In this document: positions 8,543 to 17,920 of the stretch, piece by piece
Layout of the letters: the number at the start of each line of letters is the position of its first letter
Position numbering within the stretch: position 1 is the first letter of the stretch
Source: a candidate division FCPU426 bacterium
GTDB taxonomy: Bacteria > Oederibacteriota > Muellerivitia > Muellerivitales > Muellerivitaceae
Assembly: GCA_963847625.1 (NCBI GenBank)
Contig: CAWKAR010000022.1
Location: 1 to 64,000, forward strand
DNA: 64,000 nt
Direction: 5' to 3'
Program-made: the position numbers and the translations under genes
The notes under the pieces: generated by a model
What the model saw: only the letters and a program-made list of their open reading frames with translations
Database searches by the model: none
What the model was told of the DNA's origin: nothing

Positions 8543-8880
8543 TAAAAATGCAGGTAAAATATCCTTTGGTTTTGAAAAATACCATTAGTTGTATGACTTG
8601 ATATGAAAACCCTATTTAGGATATTAAGGTGGGAAATTCACAACTTATCAACAAAAGCGCGGATCATTAATTGGTTCGTTTTAAAGAATTAGAACAGTTT
8701 TCTCGTGAAATATTAGGGTAAAACAGCGTCAGAAATTGTGCTATTTAATCAAATTGTGGGTCAAAAAATCGGTGTTTAAAAAACCCTTTCCGGTTATCGA
8801 GATTACATTCTATATCTGGTACTAGTGAAGTGGTTCAAACCACTTATACGTGCGAGGCTATTAGGGATGTCTATTTCCAC

Positions 8881-8918
8881 ACCCTCTAGACGGCGAAACG
8901 GCCGATTTAATCCAAAAA
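8881..8918 (-). promoter_or_regulatory. Repeated bipartite motif, putative ECF-sigma promoter (GGATTA-N16-GTCTA)
   Basis: ACCCTCTAGACGGCGAAA-N6-ATTTAATCCAAAAA recurs at 62241 with an N5 spacer. Confidence 0.5.
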
Positions 8919-8967
8919 TAAATAGGCATAAAAGGCCGGTTTTATTGGTTTTTTGAAGACGAATAAC

Positions 8968-10863
8968 TTAGGGCTTGGGCTGGACCCCGAGGGATTTCAT
9001 GTATTGAATGGTTTGGGGGTCGGTGGGATTCACCTGATGCGCCCTTTGCCAGGCGGCCAGGGCATCCGTCTTGCTCCCCAGCTTTATGTCGCAAACCCCC
9101 AGGTCCAGCAGGGCCTGGAAATCATAGGGGTTATAAGCCAGGCACTGCTCGAAAGCCTTGGCCGATTCCCCGAGCTTCCCCGTCTGGAAATAACCGACTC
9201 CCAGGGGAAAATACAAAGCCGCGTAATTGGGCACGACCGCCAGTCCCTTTTGAGCGGTGTCCAAGGCCTGGTCGAAACGTCCCAGCCCCACCTGCAATTC
9301 CGCCATGGCCCAATCGTTCTCCACGAAGTTGGGATTGAGATCCAAGGATTTCCCGTAGGCTTCCAGGGCCGTGTCCTTTTGGCCCGCCAATTCCAGCGCC
9401 TTGCCGAAGACGTTCCAGGCCTTGGGGTTCAAAGGAGAGAGTCCTGTCAATCTCGTCCCGAAATAAAAGGCGTTGTTGCCTTTGCCCAGGTTTGTTTCCC
9501 CGACAGTGTTACGGAAGGCGATGGAAGCTCCCACAGCACGGATGCCGATCATTCCCACAATCAGGGGCGCCAAGACCAACGCCGCCTTAAGGATTGCCGG
9601 AATTTTTCCGGAAGGGTTCGGAACTGTTCCATGCTTGAGGGCCAGGGGAGCCGCCAGGTATAGGCCGAATAAAACCGCCGTGGGGGCCACCTGCAACGGG
9701 AAGTTGCTCAAGGATTGAACCAACAGGGCCACGAGACCCCCCACCACCCCGATCGAGAGTTCCTTGTCCTCCTGCCGGGTTTCCGGGTTAAGCAGAAACT
9801 TGACCAGGGACCAGCCGAAAGCCGCAAGCAATCCCAGGAACAGCAAAAGCCCCGGCAGTCCCCCCTCCACCCAGAACTGGAGGAACTCGTTGTGGATATG
9901 CTCGGTGTAAACATAAGGATGGCGGGGATAATCCGCCGGCACATAAGGCTTGAATTGGTACCGGGGATACTGGACCCCGACTTGGCCCAACCCGATTCCG
10001 AACCAGGTATTTTCTTTTATCATTTCCCAGGCCACCTTGTAGGTTTCCACCCGCTGTTGGACGGAAGCCTGCGAAACGCTGAATGCCGACCACCCGCCGT
10101 GCCGTTCCAGGTAAGCCCCAGCCCCCACTACCAGGATGCCGAAAGAGATGACGATGAAAATAACGTTCCGCTTGAAAAGGGCGCGCCCCCAGGGGAGAAG
10201 AAAAGCCAGGACCATCAGGAGCGCCGAGGCGCCCAGGGCCAGGTAGGACCCCCGAGCCCGGGTCAGCAGAAGAGCGGCGAATACCGCCAAGGTCAAGGCC
10301 CGGAAAAGAAGCCAACGTTCCCGGAAAGGCGTCCTCAAGGTCAGGATAAACGAGAGGGGAAGCAGGCCGGCCAGGTAGCCTCCCAGGTAATCGGGGTTTC
10401 CCAGGGTGGCGAAAGCCCTCTGCTCGAATTTGGTGTCCCAATGGGACCTGTCGAGTCCCAGGCTTTGGGCGATTCCGTAAAGGGCCAGGATTCCTCCCGC
10501 CAGAAGGGCCAGGTGGAGAAGTTTCACGTAGGAAGTTCCGCGGGAACAGGCATAAACCACCGCCAGGAACGTGCCCACCAAAAGAATGAGGTGGACCGAG
10601 CCCTTCAACACTTCCATTTTCAATAAACCCACCGCGAGGGAATCCCCGGCCATCCAGGCCAGGAATAAAAGCGCCCATTGGAAAGGGGAAAGGCGCAGAA
10701 GGCCGCGCCCTTGGGCCGCCACCAGAACCGCGAAGTAAGCCAGGGCCAACGCCGCCGGCACTTCCTTGGTCAAGGTGAAGCCGTCCGCCGCGCGGTAAAA
10801 GAAAGCCACCGGGACCCAGGCCACCAGGATCCCCAGGAATATTTGATTGATCCTTTCAACCAT
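8968..10863 (-). CDS. O-antigen ligase (Wzy_C/WaaL-like) family membrane protein with C-terminal TPRs
   Basis: Multi-TM protein with motifs ATLGNPDYLG, LLTRARGSYL, GIGLG and HIHNEFLQ, followed by TPR helices. Confidence 0.85.
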   Translation of the reverse strand: MVERINQIFLGILVAWVPVAFFYRAADGFTLTKEVPAALALAYFAVLVAAQGRGLLRLSPFQWALLFLAWMAGDSLAVGLLKMEVLKGSVHLILLVGTFLAVVYACSRGTSYVKLLHLALLAGGILALYGIAQSLGLDRSHWDTKFEQRAFATLGNPDYLGGYLAGLLPLSFILTLRTPFRERWLLFRALTLAVFAALLLTRARGSYLALGASALLMVLAFLLPWGRALFKRNVIFIVISFGILVVGAGAYLERHGGWSAFSVSQASVQQRVETYKVAWEMIKENTWFGIGLGQVGVQYPRYQFKPYVPADYPRHPYVYTEHIHNEFLQFWVEGGLPGLLLFLGLLAAFGWSLVKFLLNPETRQEDKELSIGVVGGLVALLVQSLSNFPLQVAPTAVLFGLYLAAPLALKHGTVPNPSGKIPAILKAALVLAPLIVGMIGIRAVGASIAFRNTVGETNLGKGNNAFYFGTRLTGLSPLNPKAWNVFGKALELAGQKDTALEAYGKSLDLNPNFVENDWAMAELQVGLGRFDQALDTAQKGLAVVPNYAALYFPLGVGYFQTGKLGESAKAFEQCLAYNPYDFQALLDLGVCDIKLGSKTDALAAWQRAHQVNPTDPQTIQYMKSLGVQPKP

Positions 10864-13138
10864 GGAACATCTCCCCCCAGTTGCGGTCGAAATCCGCCTT
10901 TTGTTTTTTCCAGAAATTCGAGAAGGAGTAAAGCCCCAGGGCCTGGTTCAAATCATCCTTGGCCTCGTTCCAATTATGTTTTCGCAATTGGAGGATGTAT
11001 TGGGAGGCGGGTTTGGAAAAAAACATCAGCAGGTCGGGGATTTCTTCAGCAGCCTTTTCCTTCGGCTGTTCCCGGACCCGGTAAACCGCCTGGAAATCCC
11101 GGGAATAAACCAGGTCCGTGCGGGTTTGGATGAAGCCGTCCAATTTTTCCCACTCGGCGGTGGACAGGTCGTAATGGCCGTAATCGGGGGAAACCCGGAT
11201 GCCCTCCAGGCCGTTCACCACGATGTGGTCCACGCCCAGTTCTCGGACCCGCCTGGCGACACCGGAGGGGTCCTTTTCCTCCCGCGCCATCTTCGCCAGG
11301 GCCTGCTCGTCGAAAACCGTGTTGGTCAGGAATTCCCTCTCATAATAAAGCCCCCTCGCGTCCCCGGCTACCAACAGGCGCGCATCGCCAGGCAACTGGG
11401 CGTTGACCCACTGGGCCATGGGGTAATAGGGCGTGATGTTCCCCGGGTTGGACAGGTATTCCCCCCGGGTTTGAACCCCGTACCAGATCCCTGAGGCGGG
11501 ATAATAGTAATGGCTGATGGCGGTGACGTTCGCGAAACAAAGCACCGCCACAAGCGCCGAAACCAGGGAAACCCCTTTCCCCCAATCCGAACGGTTGCCT
11601 CCCCAAAGAGCGGCCGCGAGTAGAACATACAGGAACACGAAATCGGGAACGATGAATTTCAGGATGTGGGTGACCGAAAGGCCCAACACCAGGAACAGGG
11701 GGACCAGCCATGCCAATTTTTTTAAAACGGGATGCCGCAGGCGGAAAAGGAACAGGAAGGGAGCCAGGGCCAAGGCAATCGGTCCGCAGAAGTTGTAACT
11801 GTCCGGGTTGGACATGGTCAGGGTCCAGGGCAGCAGAAGCCAGGAGAGCGGGTCATGGGCCGAGCGGGCGTGCTGTTCGGCCAGGAGCCGTTGGTAACCC
11901 GCCTCCGGCAGGTGCCGGCCCGGAAAATGGGACATCAGGTAGGGAAAAATGGGGTTGCCGGTATACAGGAGGTTTTTCACCACCCAGGGCCCGAACAACA
12001 AGGCCGCCGCGAGGAAGAACCAAATCCAGGCCTTCCAGTTGGAGGGCTTGAAAAACGAGGATTTGCCAAAGGCCAGGACCGCCAGGACGCTTCCCATGGA
12101 CAAGAGGGCCGTGTATTTGGTGGATAGGGCCAGGCCCGCGAAAAGGCCCGCCAGAATGGCATCCCTGGGGGAGAGGTTCCCTTCCCGAAGGCCGCGAAAC
12201 AAGGTATAGGCGAATAGCGCCACGGCCAGGGTCATCAAACCCTCCACCTGGGTGGCCCAGGTATTGACCGCGAAAAGGGGGAATGTCAGGGTCAAGCCCA
12301 ATGCCATCCATCCCGCCCTCTCCCCGCCCAGTTCCCTGGCCCATCCCCCAGCCAGGAGGGCGCAGGCCCCGAAGCAAACCACGTGAAGCATCTTCGCGGC
12401 CTCGGTTCCCTGCCAGACCAGCCCGTTCAGGAAATAAAGTTCCCCCCCGAAGGGATAGTTGGAGAAAAAGTTGGTGGAAAAATCACGGATGCCGTGATGG
12501 ATAAGCCAATAGTTGGGAACCGCCAGGTGGTACACCATGGAGTCGTAAAAAGTCTCCGGAGTGAGGTCCAGGAATAGGGAAAAAAAACAATAAAAAAGCC
12601 CCGCACCGAAAAGGAACCGGGAGAAGGCGTCACCGGGGATCAGGTCGTTGAACGTTCCCGGACGGCGTTCTTTCCAGACGCGAAATCCGTCCCAAAGGGC
12701 GATGGCTAATAGCGCGCCCTGGCCCCAAACCCAGATGGGACGGTACCAGACGCGGTCGAGGCCGGTGCCCATCCAAAAAAGGCCCAGGAAACTGATCCCC
12801 AGCCCGAAATTGAACGCCATGCGGACCCAGGCGTCGGAAGGCCTGAAGCCGATAAAGCGGCGCAACCGGCTTCCCCACGCTACCGTTAAGAAGGACAAAG
12901 CCAGGACGCATAGGAGACAAACCAGGGATTGTCCCCATACGGCGGAGCACTGTTGAAGGCTGGGCGAGGGAAAAGAACCCGGGTTAAACATTTCTCCGAC
13001 ATAGGGAAAGACGCGTCCGATATCCCGGAAGTACCAGGCCAGGACGAAGAGAGCCCAAGCGGAAACGATGAAGAACGCGGGCATTCCGCCGCGGCTTTCG
13101 GCTGTAGGTTTCGCTGGGGCCGATATTCCTATTTTCAT
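10856..13138 (-). CDS. GT-C fold (ArnT/PMT-like) membrane glycosyltransferase
   Basis: Multi-TM protein with PETFYDSMVYHLAVP, GLALSTKYT and KNLLYTGNPIFPY. ATGA overlap with the upstream gene. Confidence 0.75.
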   Translation of the reverse strand: MKIGISAPAKPTAESRGGMPAFFIVSAWALFVLAWYFRDIGRVFPYVGEMFNPGSFPSPSLQQCSAVWGQSLVCLLCVLALSFLTVAWGSRLRRFIGFRPSDAWVRMAFNFGLGISFLGLFWMGTGLDRVWYRPIWVWGQGALLAIALWDGFRVWKERRPGTFNDLIPGDAFSRFLFGAGLFYCFFSLFLDLTPETFYDSMVYHLAVPNYWLIHHGIRDFSTNFFSNYPFGGELYFLNGLVWQGTEAAKMLHVVCFGACALLAGGWARELGGERAGWMALGLTLTFPLFAVNTWATQVEGLMTLAVALFAYTLFRGLREGNLSPRDAILAGLFAGLALSTKYTALLSMGSVLAVLAFGKSSFFKPSNWKAWIWFFLAAALLFGPWVVKNLLYTGNPIFPYLMSHFPGRHLPEAGYQRLLAEQHARSAHDPLSWLLLPWTLTMSNPDSYNFCGPIALALAPFLFLFRLRHPVLKKLAWLVPLFLVLGLSVTHILKFIVPDFVFLYVLLAAALWGGNRSDWGKGVSLVSALVAVLCFANVTAISHYYYPASGIWYGVQTRGEYLSNPGNITPYYPMAQWVNAQLPGDARLLVAGDARGLYYEREFLTNTVFDEQALAKMAREEKDPSGVARRVRELGVDHIVVNGLEGIRVSPDYGHYDLSTAEWEKLDGFIQTRTDLVYSRDFQAVYRVREQPKEKAAEEIPDLLMFFSKPASQYILQLRKHNWNEAKDDLNQALGLYSFSNFWKKQKADFDRNWGEMFHG

Positions 13139-15582
13139 CTTTTCTCCCCCGAAGAGGCGTAGACCCATTCCATTTTTCGCAAGGCGTATCCCCGGGTTTT
13201 AAAATCCTTGGCCCTGCCGGCCAAACCGGCCCAGGCCCTGTAACCTTCCAGGGTCAAAATACCGCGGGAGTCACCGGCGCGGAAAGCCGAATCCGCCTCT
13301 ACGTCTTTGGCAAGCGACATTTCGGCCATCGCCTTTTTCTCCCACCAAAAAGATTCGCGGGGAAAAATCGAGAGGACCTTGTCCGCATCTTTTTCCGCCA
13401 CGGCGGGATTCCCGCCTTGTTTCATGAACCAATCATAAGCCGGGGGATAAAAAAAGGAAAAAGGGTTCACCAGATAAGGTCCTTCCGGCTCCGATAATGC
13501 GGGCTTGACCCGGTAAACCGCCAGGAAATTCTTGTAATACACCGGCTCCAACCCCGTCCGGACGAACTCGTTCAAGTTACCCCACTGGCCGGGGTTGAGG
13601 AGATATTGACCGTAGGATTCCGCGATTCTCATTCCCTCGGGAATGTTCAAAGCCACATGGGTGATTCCCAAACGGCGCAGGCTTTTCAAAATATCCCGGG
13701 GTCCGTTTCCCGTTCGCGCCGCTTCCTGGAAAAAGGGCTCGTCAAAAGCGGAGTTGGCGAGAAAGTCGCGGGGATAATAGACCCCCCGGGAATCCCCCAC
13801 CAATAAAAGCCGCGCGTCTTGGGGCAGGTTTCCCCCAATCCAACCCGCCATGGGTTCATAGGAATTTAAAAGTTTCCTGTTCAAATATTCTTCCGCCGTT
13901 TCCCGGCCGGACAAAACACCGGCGGGATCATAATAGACGGCGCTCAAATGGATGAAGGCCGGCAGGCTCAGCAGGGCCGAGAGAAAGACCGCAAAAAGCC
14001 AAAGGCGGCGCCAGTTCCTTTTCTCTGGCACTCCCAAAGCCGCCGACAAAAGGATAAACGCCGTTAAAAAAGCGGGCAGGATGAAACGAAGCATATGGGA
14101 CAAGCAAAGTCCCAGGAGAAAATATGCGGCTGTGGCCCGCGCCAACTTCTGGTGGATGGGTTCCTTGAATTTCACGAGAAGGAGGAGCGGGCAAAAAGCC
14201 AATAGAAGAGGGCCGATGAACTGGCCGTCTCCCGCCTGGGGCATGGTCAGGCGCCATGGCAGGCTGAGGATCGACCAAAGGCCATGGTTCATCGGCAGGT
14301 ACTGGGTGTTTTCCACCCAAAGACGATGGTAACCGGATTCGGGATAGGCCCGGTTTCCTAAAAGGTGGATAGCGTATGGATAAAAAGGATTACCGGTATA
14401 AACATAATTTTTTAAAAACCAAGGGCCGATCAAAAAACAAATGGAAAAGACCCAGCTGAGCCAAAAACCTCTCTTCCATAAAATCTTGGGTTTGGCCACC
14501 CAGATCCACGCGATAAACCCCGCAGCAATCGCGGTGACAGCGGAAGGCTTTACGGAAATCGCCAAGCCGGCTAATAGCGCCGTGACAAGAATCAAAGAAA
14601 AAGCCGGTGTCTTTTCGGCGGGATTTTTTTTTGCAAGGAAAAGGAAATAAAAAAATAAAAGGATGATGAAACTGATCAGTCCATCGACCCGCACGGCCCA
14701 GCCATTCAGGTAAAGAAGGGGGAAAGTCAAAGAAACCGCGAAAATACCCCAGGTATTCCCTCCCGGGGAATTTTCCCGGACCCACGCGCAAGCGCACAAA
14801 GCGCAAAGAACCAGCACAAAAGCGTTTAAGATTTTCGCCCCTTCGGTCCCCCCGAAAACATAGCCGTTCATGAAAAAAAGTGACCCACCGTGGAAATAAC
14901 CCGAGAGAATTTGGGTCGGGTAATCGGAGATACCGTGGTGGAACAGCCAATAACAAGGCATACCCAGGAAATAATTCAAGGAATCGTAGAATGTTTCGGG
15001 TAAAAGGCATTGAAAGAGAATAAATAAGAGGTAAAAAACCGCTAATAGAATCAAAATAAAATCCAAAAACCCTGGAAGCGGAACTTTCCATAAAAACCCA
15101 AATTTATGTTCCCTAAGGTTAAAGATTTTCCCAATCAAGAATATTGAGAAAAACAAGGCGCCAAACCACCATAAAGCGGGAAACCACAATCCCGTTAAGC
15201 CCAATCCCAGCCAAATTCCGTTGAAATAGATAATCCCTAAACCAAAATCAAGGCATAAAGCCATGAGCGTGTTATCAAGGTTGATACCCAACCATTTTCG
15301 AAGCCTTTTACCACAGTCCCATAAAAGAGCCATAATCCAAAGGCCCAAAAGGAAATTTGATAATAGGCGGAACCAAACTAGGATTTTCTTGGAATAAAGG
15401 ACATCAGGAAATCGGTCTATTCGCGTGAGATAATGAAGTTCTGGCAAGGGATTCAATAAGGGTGAGAAAAAATGTATAAAAACAAAAACAATCCATGAAA
15501 TAACAACGATATTAAATAATCCCTTTTTATTCCAAGTTATCGGGAGTTGGGAAAATGGGCGCATAAAATTTTCTAAATCCAC
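13135..15582 (-). CDS. GT-C fold membrane glycosyltransferase, paralog of the adjacent gene
   Basis: Shares the motifs PETFYDSLNYFLGMP, GLAISVKP, KNYVYTGNPFYPY and DARLLLVGDSRG. Confidence 0.75.
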   Translation of the reverse strand: MDLENFMRPFSQLPITWNKKGLFNIVVISWIVFVFIHFFSPLLNPLPELHYLTRIDRFPDVLYSKKILVWFRLLSNFLLGLWIMALLWDCGKRLRKWLGINLDNTLMALCLDFGLGIIYFNGIWLGLGLTGLWFPALWWFGALFFSIFLIGKIFNLREHKFGFLWKVPLPGFLDFILILLAVFYLLFILFQCLLPETFYDSLNYFLGMPCYWLFHHGISDYPTQILSGYFHGGSLFFMNGYVFGGTEGAKILNAFVLVLCALCACAWVRENSPGGNTWGIFAVSLTFPLLYLNGWAVRVDGLISFIILLFFYFLFLAKKNPAEKTPAFSLILVTALLAGLAISVKPSAVTAIAAGFIAWIWVAKPKILWKRGFWLSWVFSICFLIGPWFLKNYVYTGNPFYPYAIHLLGNRAYPESGYHRLWVENTQYLPMNHGLWSILSLPWRLTMPQAGDGQFIGPLLLAFCPLLLLVKFKEPIHQKLARATAAYFLLGLCLSHMLRFILPAFLTAFILLSAALGVPEKRNWRRLWLFAVFLSALLSLPAFIHLSAVYYDPAGVLSGRETAEEYLNRKLLNSYEPMAGWIGGNLPQDARLLLVGDSRGVYYPRDFLANSAFDEPFFQEAARTGNGPRDILKSLRRLGITHVALNIPEGMRIAESYGQYLLNPGQWGNLNEFVRTGLEPVYYKNFLAVYRVKPALSEPEGPYLVNPFSFFYPPAYDWFMKQGGNPAVAEKDADKVLSIFPRESFWWEKKAMAEMSLAKDVEADSAFRAGDSRGILTLEGYRAWAGLAGRAKDFKTRGYALRKMEWVYASSGEKR

Positions 15583-15678
15583 TAGAACAGCTTAACGGGA
15601 ATAACTCACGAAATCCCGCGCAAATCCGATGATCAAGTTCAGAAAAAACAAGAAAGGCAATTTGTTCTTATTGGGTCT

Positions 15679-15718
15679 AAAAAAAAAGCACCCGGGTATA
15701 AGGTCCGGGTGCTTTTTT
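15679..15718. terminator. Intrinsic terminator after hup (bidirectional shape)
   Basis: A-run, AAGCACCCGG-loop-CCGGGTGCTT stem, then T-run. Confidence 0.8.
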
Positions 15719-15733
15719 CAAATAAAGTGAATA

Positions 15734-16009
15734 TTACGACAAAACTTGCTCTTTTAAATCCTTCAAAACGCGGAACTTGACAACTTTCTTGGCCGGAACA
15801 CTTACCATTTCACCAGTCCGAGGATTCCGGGCCATTCTGGCTTTCCGGTCCTTCAACTGAAACACCCCAAGGCCATCCAATTTGATCTTATGTTCAGTCT
15901 TTAACGTTTTATAAATCGTGTTCCTCAAAACTTGAAGAACATTATCAACATCTTTCTTTTTCATACCTGTTTCATTCGCCAAAGTCCCCAGCAGTTCGCT
16001 TTTGGTCAA
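15734..16009 (-). CDS. hup: HU family DNA-binding protein
   Basis: Motifs MTKSELL, GLGVF and RKARMARNPRTGE...PAKKVVKFR. SD GGAGG + TTG start. Confidence 0.92.
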   Translation of the reverse strand: MTKSELLGTLANETGMKKKDVDNVLQVLRNTIYKTLKTEHKIKLDGLGVFQLKDRKARMARNPRTGEMVSVPAKKVVKFRVLKDLKEQVLS

Positions 16010-16118
16010 CGTCCACCTCCTGGATCTTGAAATCCGGCCTATTTATATCAGGAAAAACCGACCCTTGGCAAGGATTTTCTGCATATTTAAAGGGTTTTTG
16101 CGGTCATTTTAACAAAAA

Positions 16119-16736
16119 CTAAGTGTATAAATAACGTCTGAGGGTCTTGGAACTAATATCCAGGATTGTCGCGATCTGACCCTTTCGGAATTTTCCATGA
16201 TCAAGCAATTGTTGTAGAAAAACCCTTGAGAACTCTCTTCTGGCTTGAAAAAGAGTGTTTTTTTGGTGATAAGCCTTTTCAGTCAATAAATTCGCAATAT
16301 AACCAGGGAAAGAATGATCATATTTTTTAGATTTCAAATCATTCAGTGAATTCCTGATCTTTTTTTTAAGAATGGATTTAGGGTGGCCTACCCAAAGAAT
16401 GTCCCGAACTCCTGACTTCATCGCCTTTACAACATTCGGTAAATCCAGTGCGGAAAATAAAGCCAGGCGTTCAACTTTTGGTTGGAAATTATCAATTTCC
16501 GAAAATAGAAAAGTCCCACTCCCTAACTGAAGGCTGAGGTGCCAATCTAACAACAAGAGATCGTAAGCCTGACTGGTTAATATAGGAATAGCAGAATCGA
16601 CGTTTCCCACAACGGTAGTATCGCCGATCTGGGAACACACCTTTTTAAGGATTGCGCGGAAACAAGCATCATCCTCAAGGATGAAGATTCTAGGTTTTTT
16701 GGACTTTCGCGAATTAATTTTCGCCTCTTCCATCAT
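16119..16736 (-). CDS. Response regulator (receiver + Fis-type HTH), atypical
   Basis: ILEDD and LLLLDW are present, with a C-terminal IATILDISSKTLRRY HTH. The conserved receiver Lys-Pro is absent. Confidence 0.75.
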   Translation of the reverse strand: MMEEAKINSRKSKKPRIFILEDDACFRAILKKVCSQIGDTTVVGNVDSAIPILTSQAYDLLLLDWHLSLQLGSGTFLFSEIDNFQPKVERLALFSALDLPNVVKAMKSGVRDILWVGHPKSILKKKIRNSLNDLKSKKYDHSFPGYIANLLTEKAYHQKNTLFQARREFSRVFLQQLLDHGKFRKGQIATILDISSKTLRRYLYT

Positions 16737-16806
16737 ATGTTGGTAGCTATAAATTACTAAAAAAATGTTAAAAACACATCTTATTTTTTAAAGACTAATT
16801 CATTAT

Positions 16807-17858
16807 CCCCAGTTCAATAACGAAGTGCAACACTTAGACCCGGCAGAACCCGGGGGTTATCCTAAGTGCTATGAAATCATCCTACAAGCATCTGTCGTTA
16901 GCCGAACGTGAAGAAATTTCAGTTTGGAATGCTGAAGGCCTCTCCCTTCGGGAAATCGCACGCCGTCTGGGCCGTGATGTATCCAGCATTTCCCGAGAAC
17001 TGAAGCGCAACGCCCCTCCTATACGATCTCGCCGCTACCTGCCCGCCAGAGCTCACATGCGTGCAGAACACCGAAACCGTCTTTCACGTACTCATTTAAG
17101 GCTTAAAAATCCTGAGATTCGCCGTTTAGTACTGCGAGAAATACCTCGTGGACTCTCGCCCGAGCAAATTGCCGGTTTTCTTCGCCGGGAGAAACCAAAA
17201 CTTTCCGTTTCCCATGAAGCCATCTATCAATTCATCTACTGCGAAGCTCGAAACCTCATTCCTCATCTAGCCCGGGCCCATCGAAAACGTTTGCGACGTT
17301 GGCACACTCAAAAACATCGCAAAAGCCATATTCCTCAACGTACTCCCATTACCCAACGACCAGCTATCGTTGAAACAAGACAGCAATTCGGGCACTGGGA
17401 GGCCGACACCATCATCTCCCGGAAAAGCAAACCCTCACTTCTGGTTATGGTCGAGCGCAAAAGTCGTCTGGTGAAACTGGCTTGGCTACCTCAAAAATCA
17501 GCTTTCCACACTAGAGCCGCAATCAACCGTCGGTTGGTTCGGATTTCAAAAGGCCTCCGCCGTACCATCACATACGACAATGGCTCCGAAAACGTCGAAC
17601 ATCTCCAGGTGAATCGTGTTTCAGGCACTCGTTCATTCTTTTGTTTGCCCTTCCACAGTTGGGAGAAAGGTTGTGTTGAAAATACTGCAGGTCTTGTTCG
17701 TCGCTTCTATCCCAAGAAAACGGATTTTGCTACTATAACCCCAGCGAATGTACGACGCGTGGAACGGATCCTAAACCATCGTCCTCGCAAGTGCCTTCGT
17801 TTCAAAACGCCGGAGCAGGTCTTTAGTCAAGGTGTTGCACTTACTGGTTGAATTCAGC
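16807..17858 (+). mobile_element. IS30-family element (1052 bp), distinct from the one at 6438
   Basis: 27-bp imperfect IRs with core AAGTGCAACAC. 3-bp target duplication TAT at 16804-16806 and 17859-17861. Confidence 0.9.
16871..17851 (+). CDS. IS30-family transposase
   Basis: Motifs HLSLAER, GHWEADT, TYDNGSE, WEKGCVEN and LNHRPRKCL are present. Confidence 0.95.
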   Translation: MKSSYKHLSLAEREEISVWNAEGLSLREIARRLGRDVSSISRELKRNAPPIRSRRYLPARAHMRAEHRNRLSRTHLRLKNPEIRRLVLREIPRGLSPEQIAGFLRREKPKLSVSHEAIYQFIYCEARNLIPHLARAHRKRLRRWHTQKHRKSHIPQRTPITQRPAIVETRQQFGHWEADTIISRKSKPSLLVMVERKSRLVKLAWLPQKSAFHTRAAINRRLVRISKGLRRTITYDNGSENVEHLQVNRVSGTRSFFCLPFHSWEKGCVENTAGLVRRFYPKKTDFATITPANVRRVERILNHRPRKCLRFKTPEQVFSQGVALTG

Positions 17859-17920
17859 TATTAGAAATTGTTAATAAATTCAAAGTTTGGAAGAAAGTAC
17901 ATGCATTGAGCATTTAATAC

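Larger units (their letters stand above)
8257..8765. repeat. Diverged direct repeat, copy 2
   Basis: Colinear with 4571-5090. Confidence 0.9.

Noticed and set aside
8953..14650. Long antisense and alternative-frame ORFs over the GT-C and ligase genes (similar ones over dcw and the 57-62 kb region)
   Set aside because: They are shadow ORFs expected from GC-rich codon usage, with no recognisable motifs.
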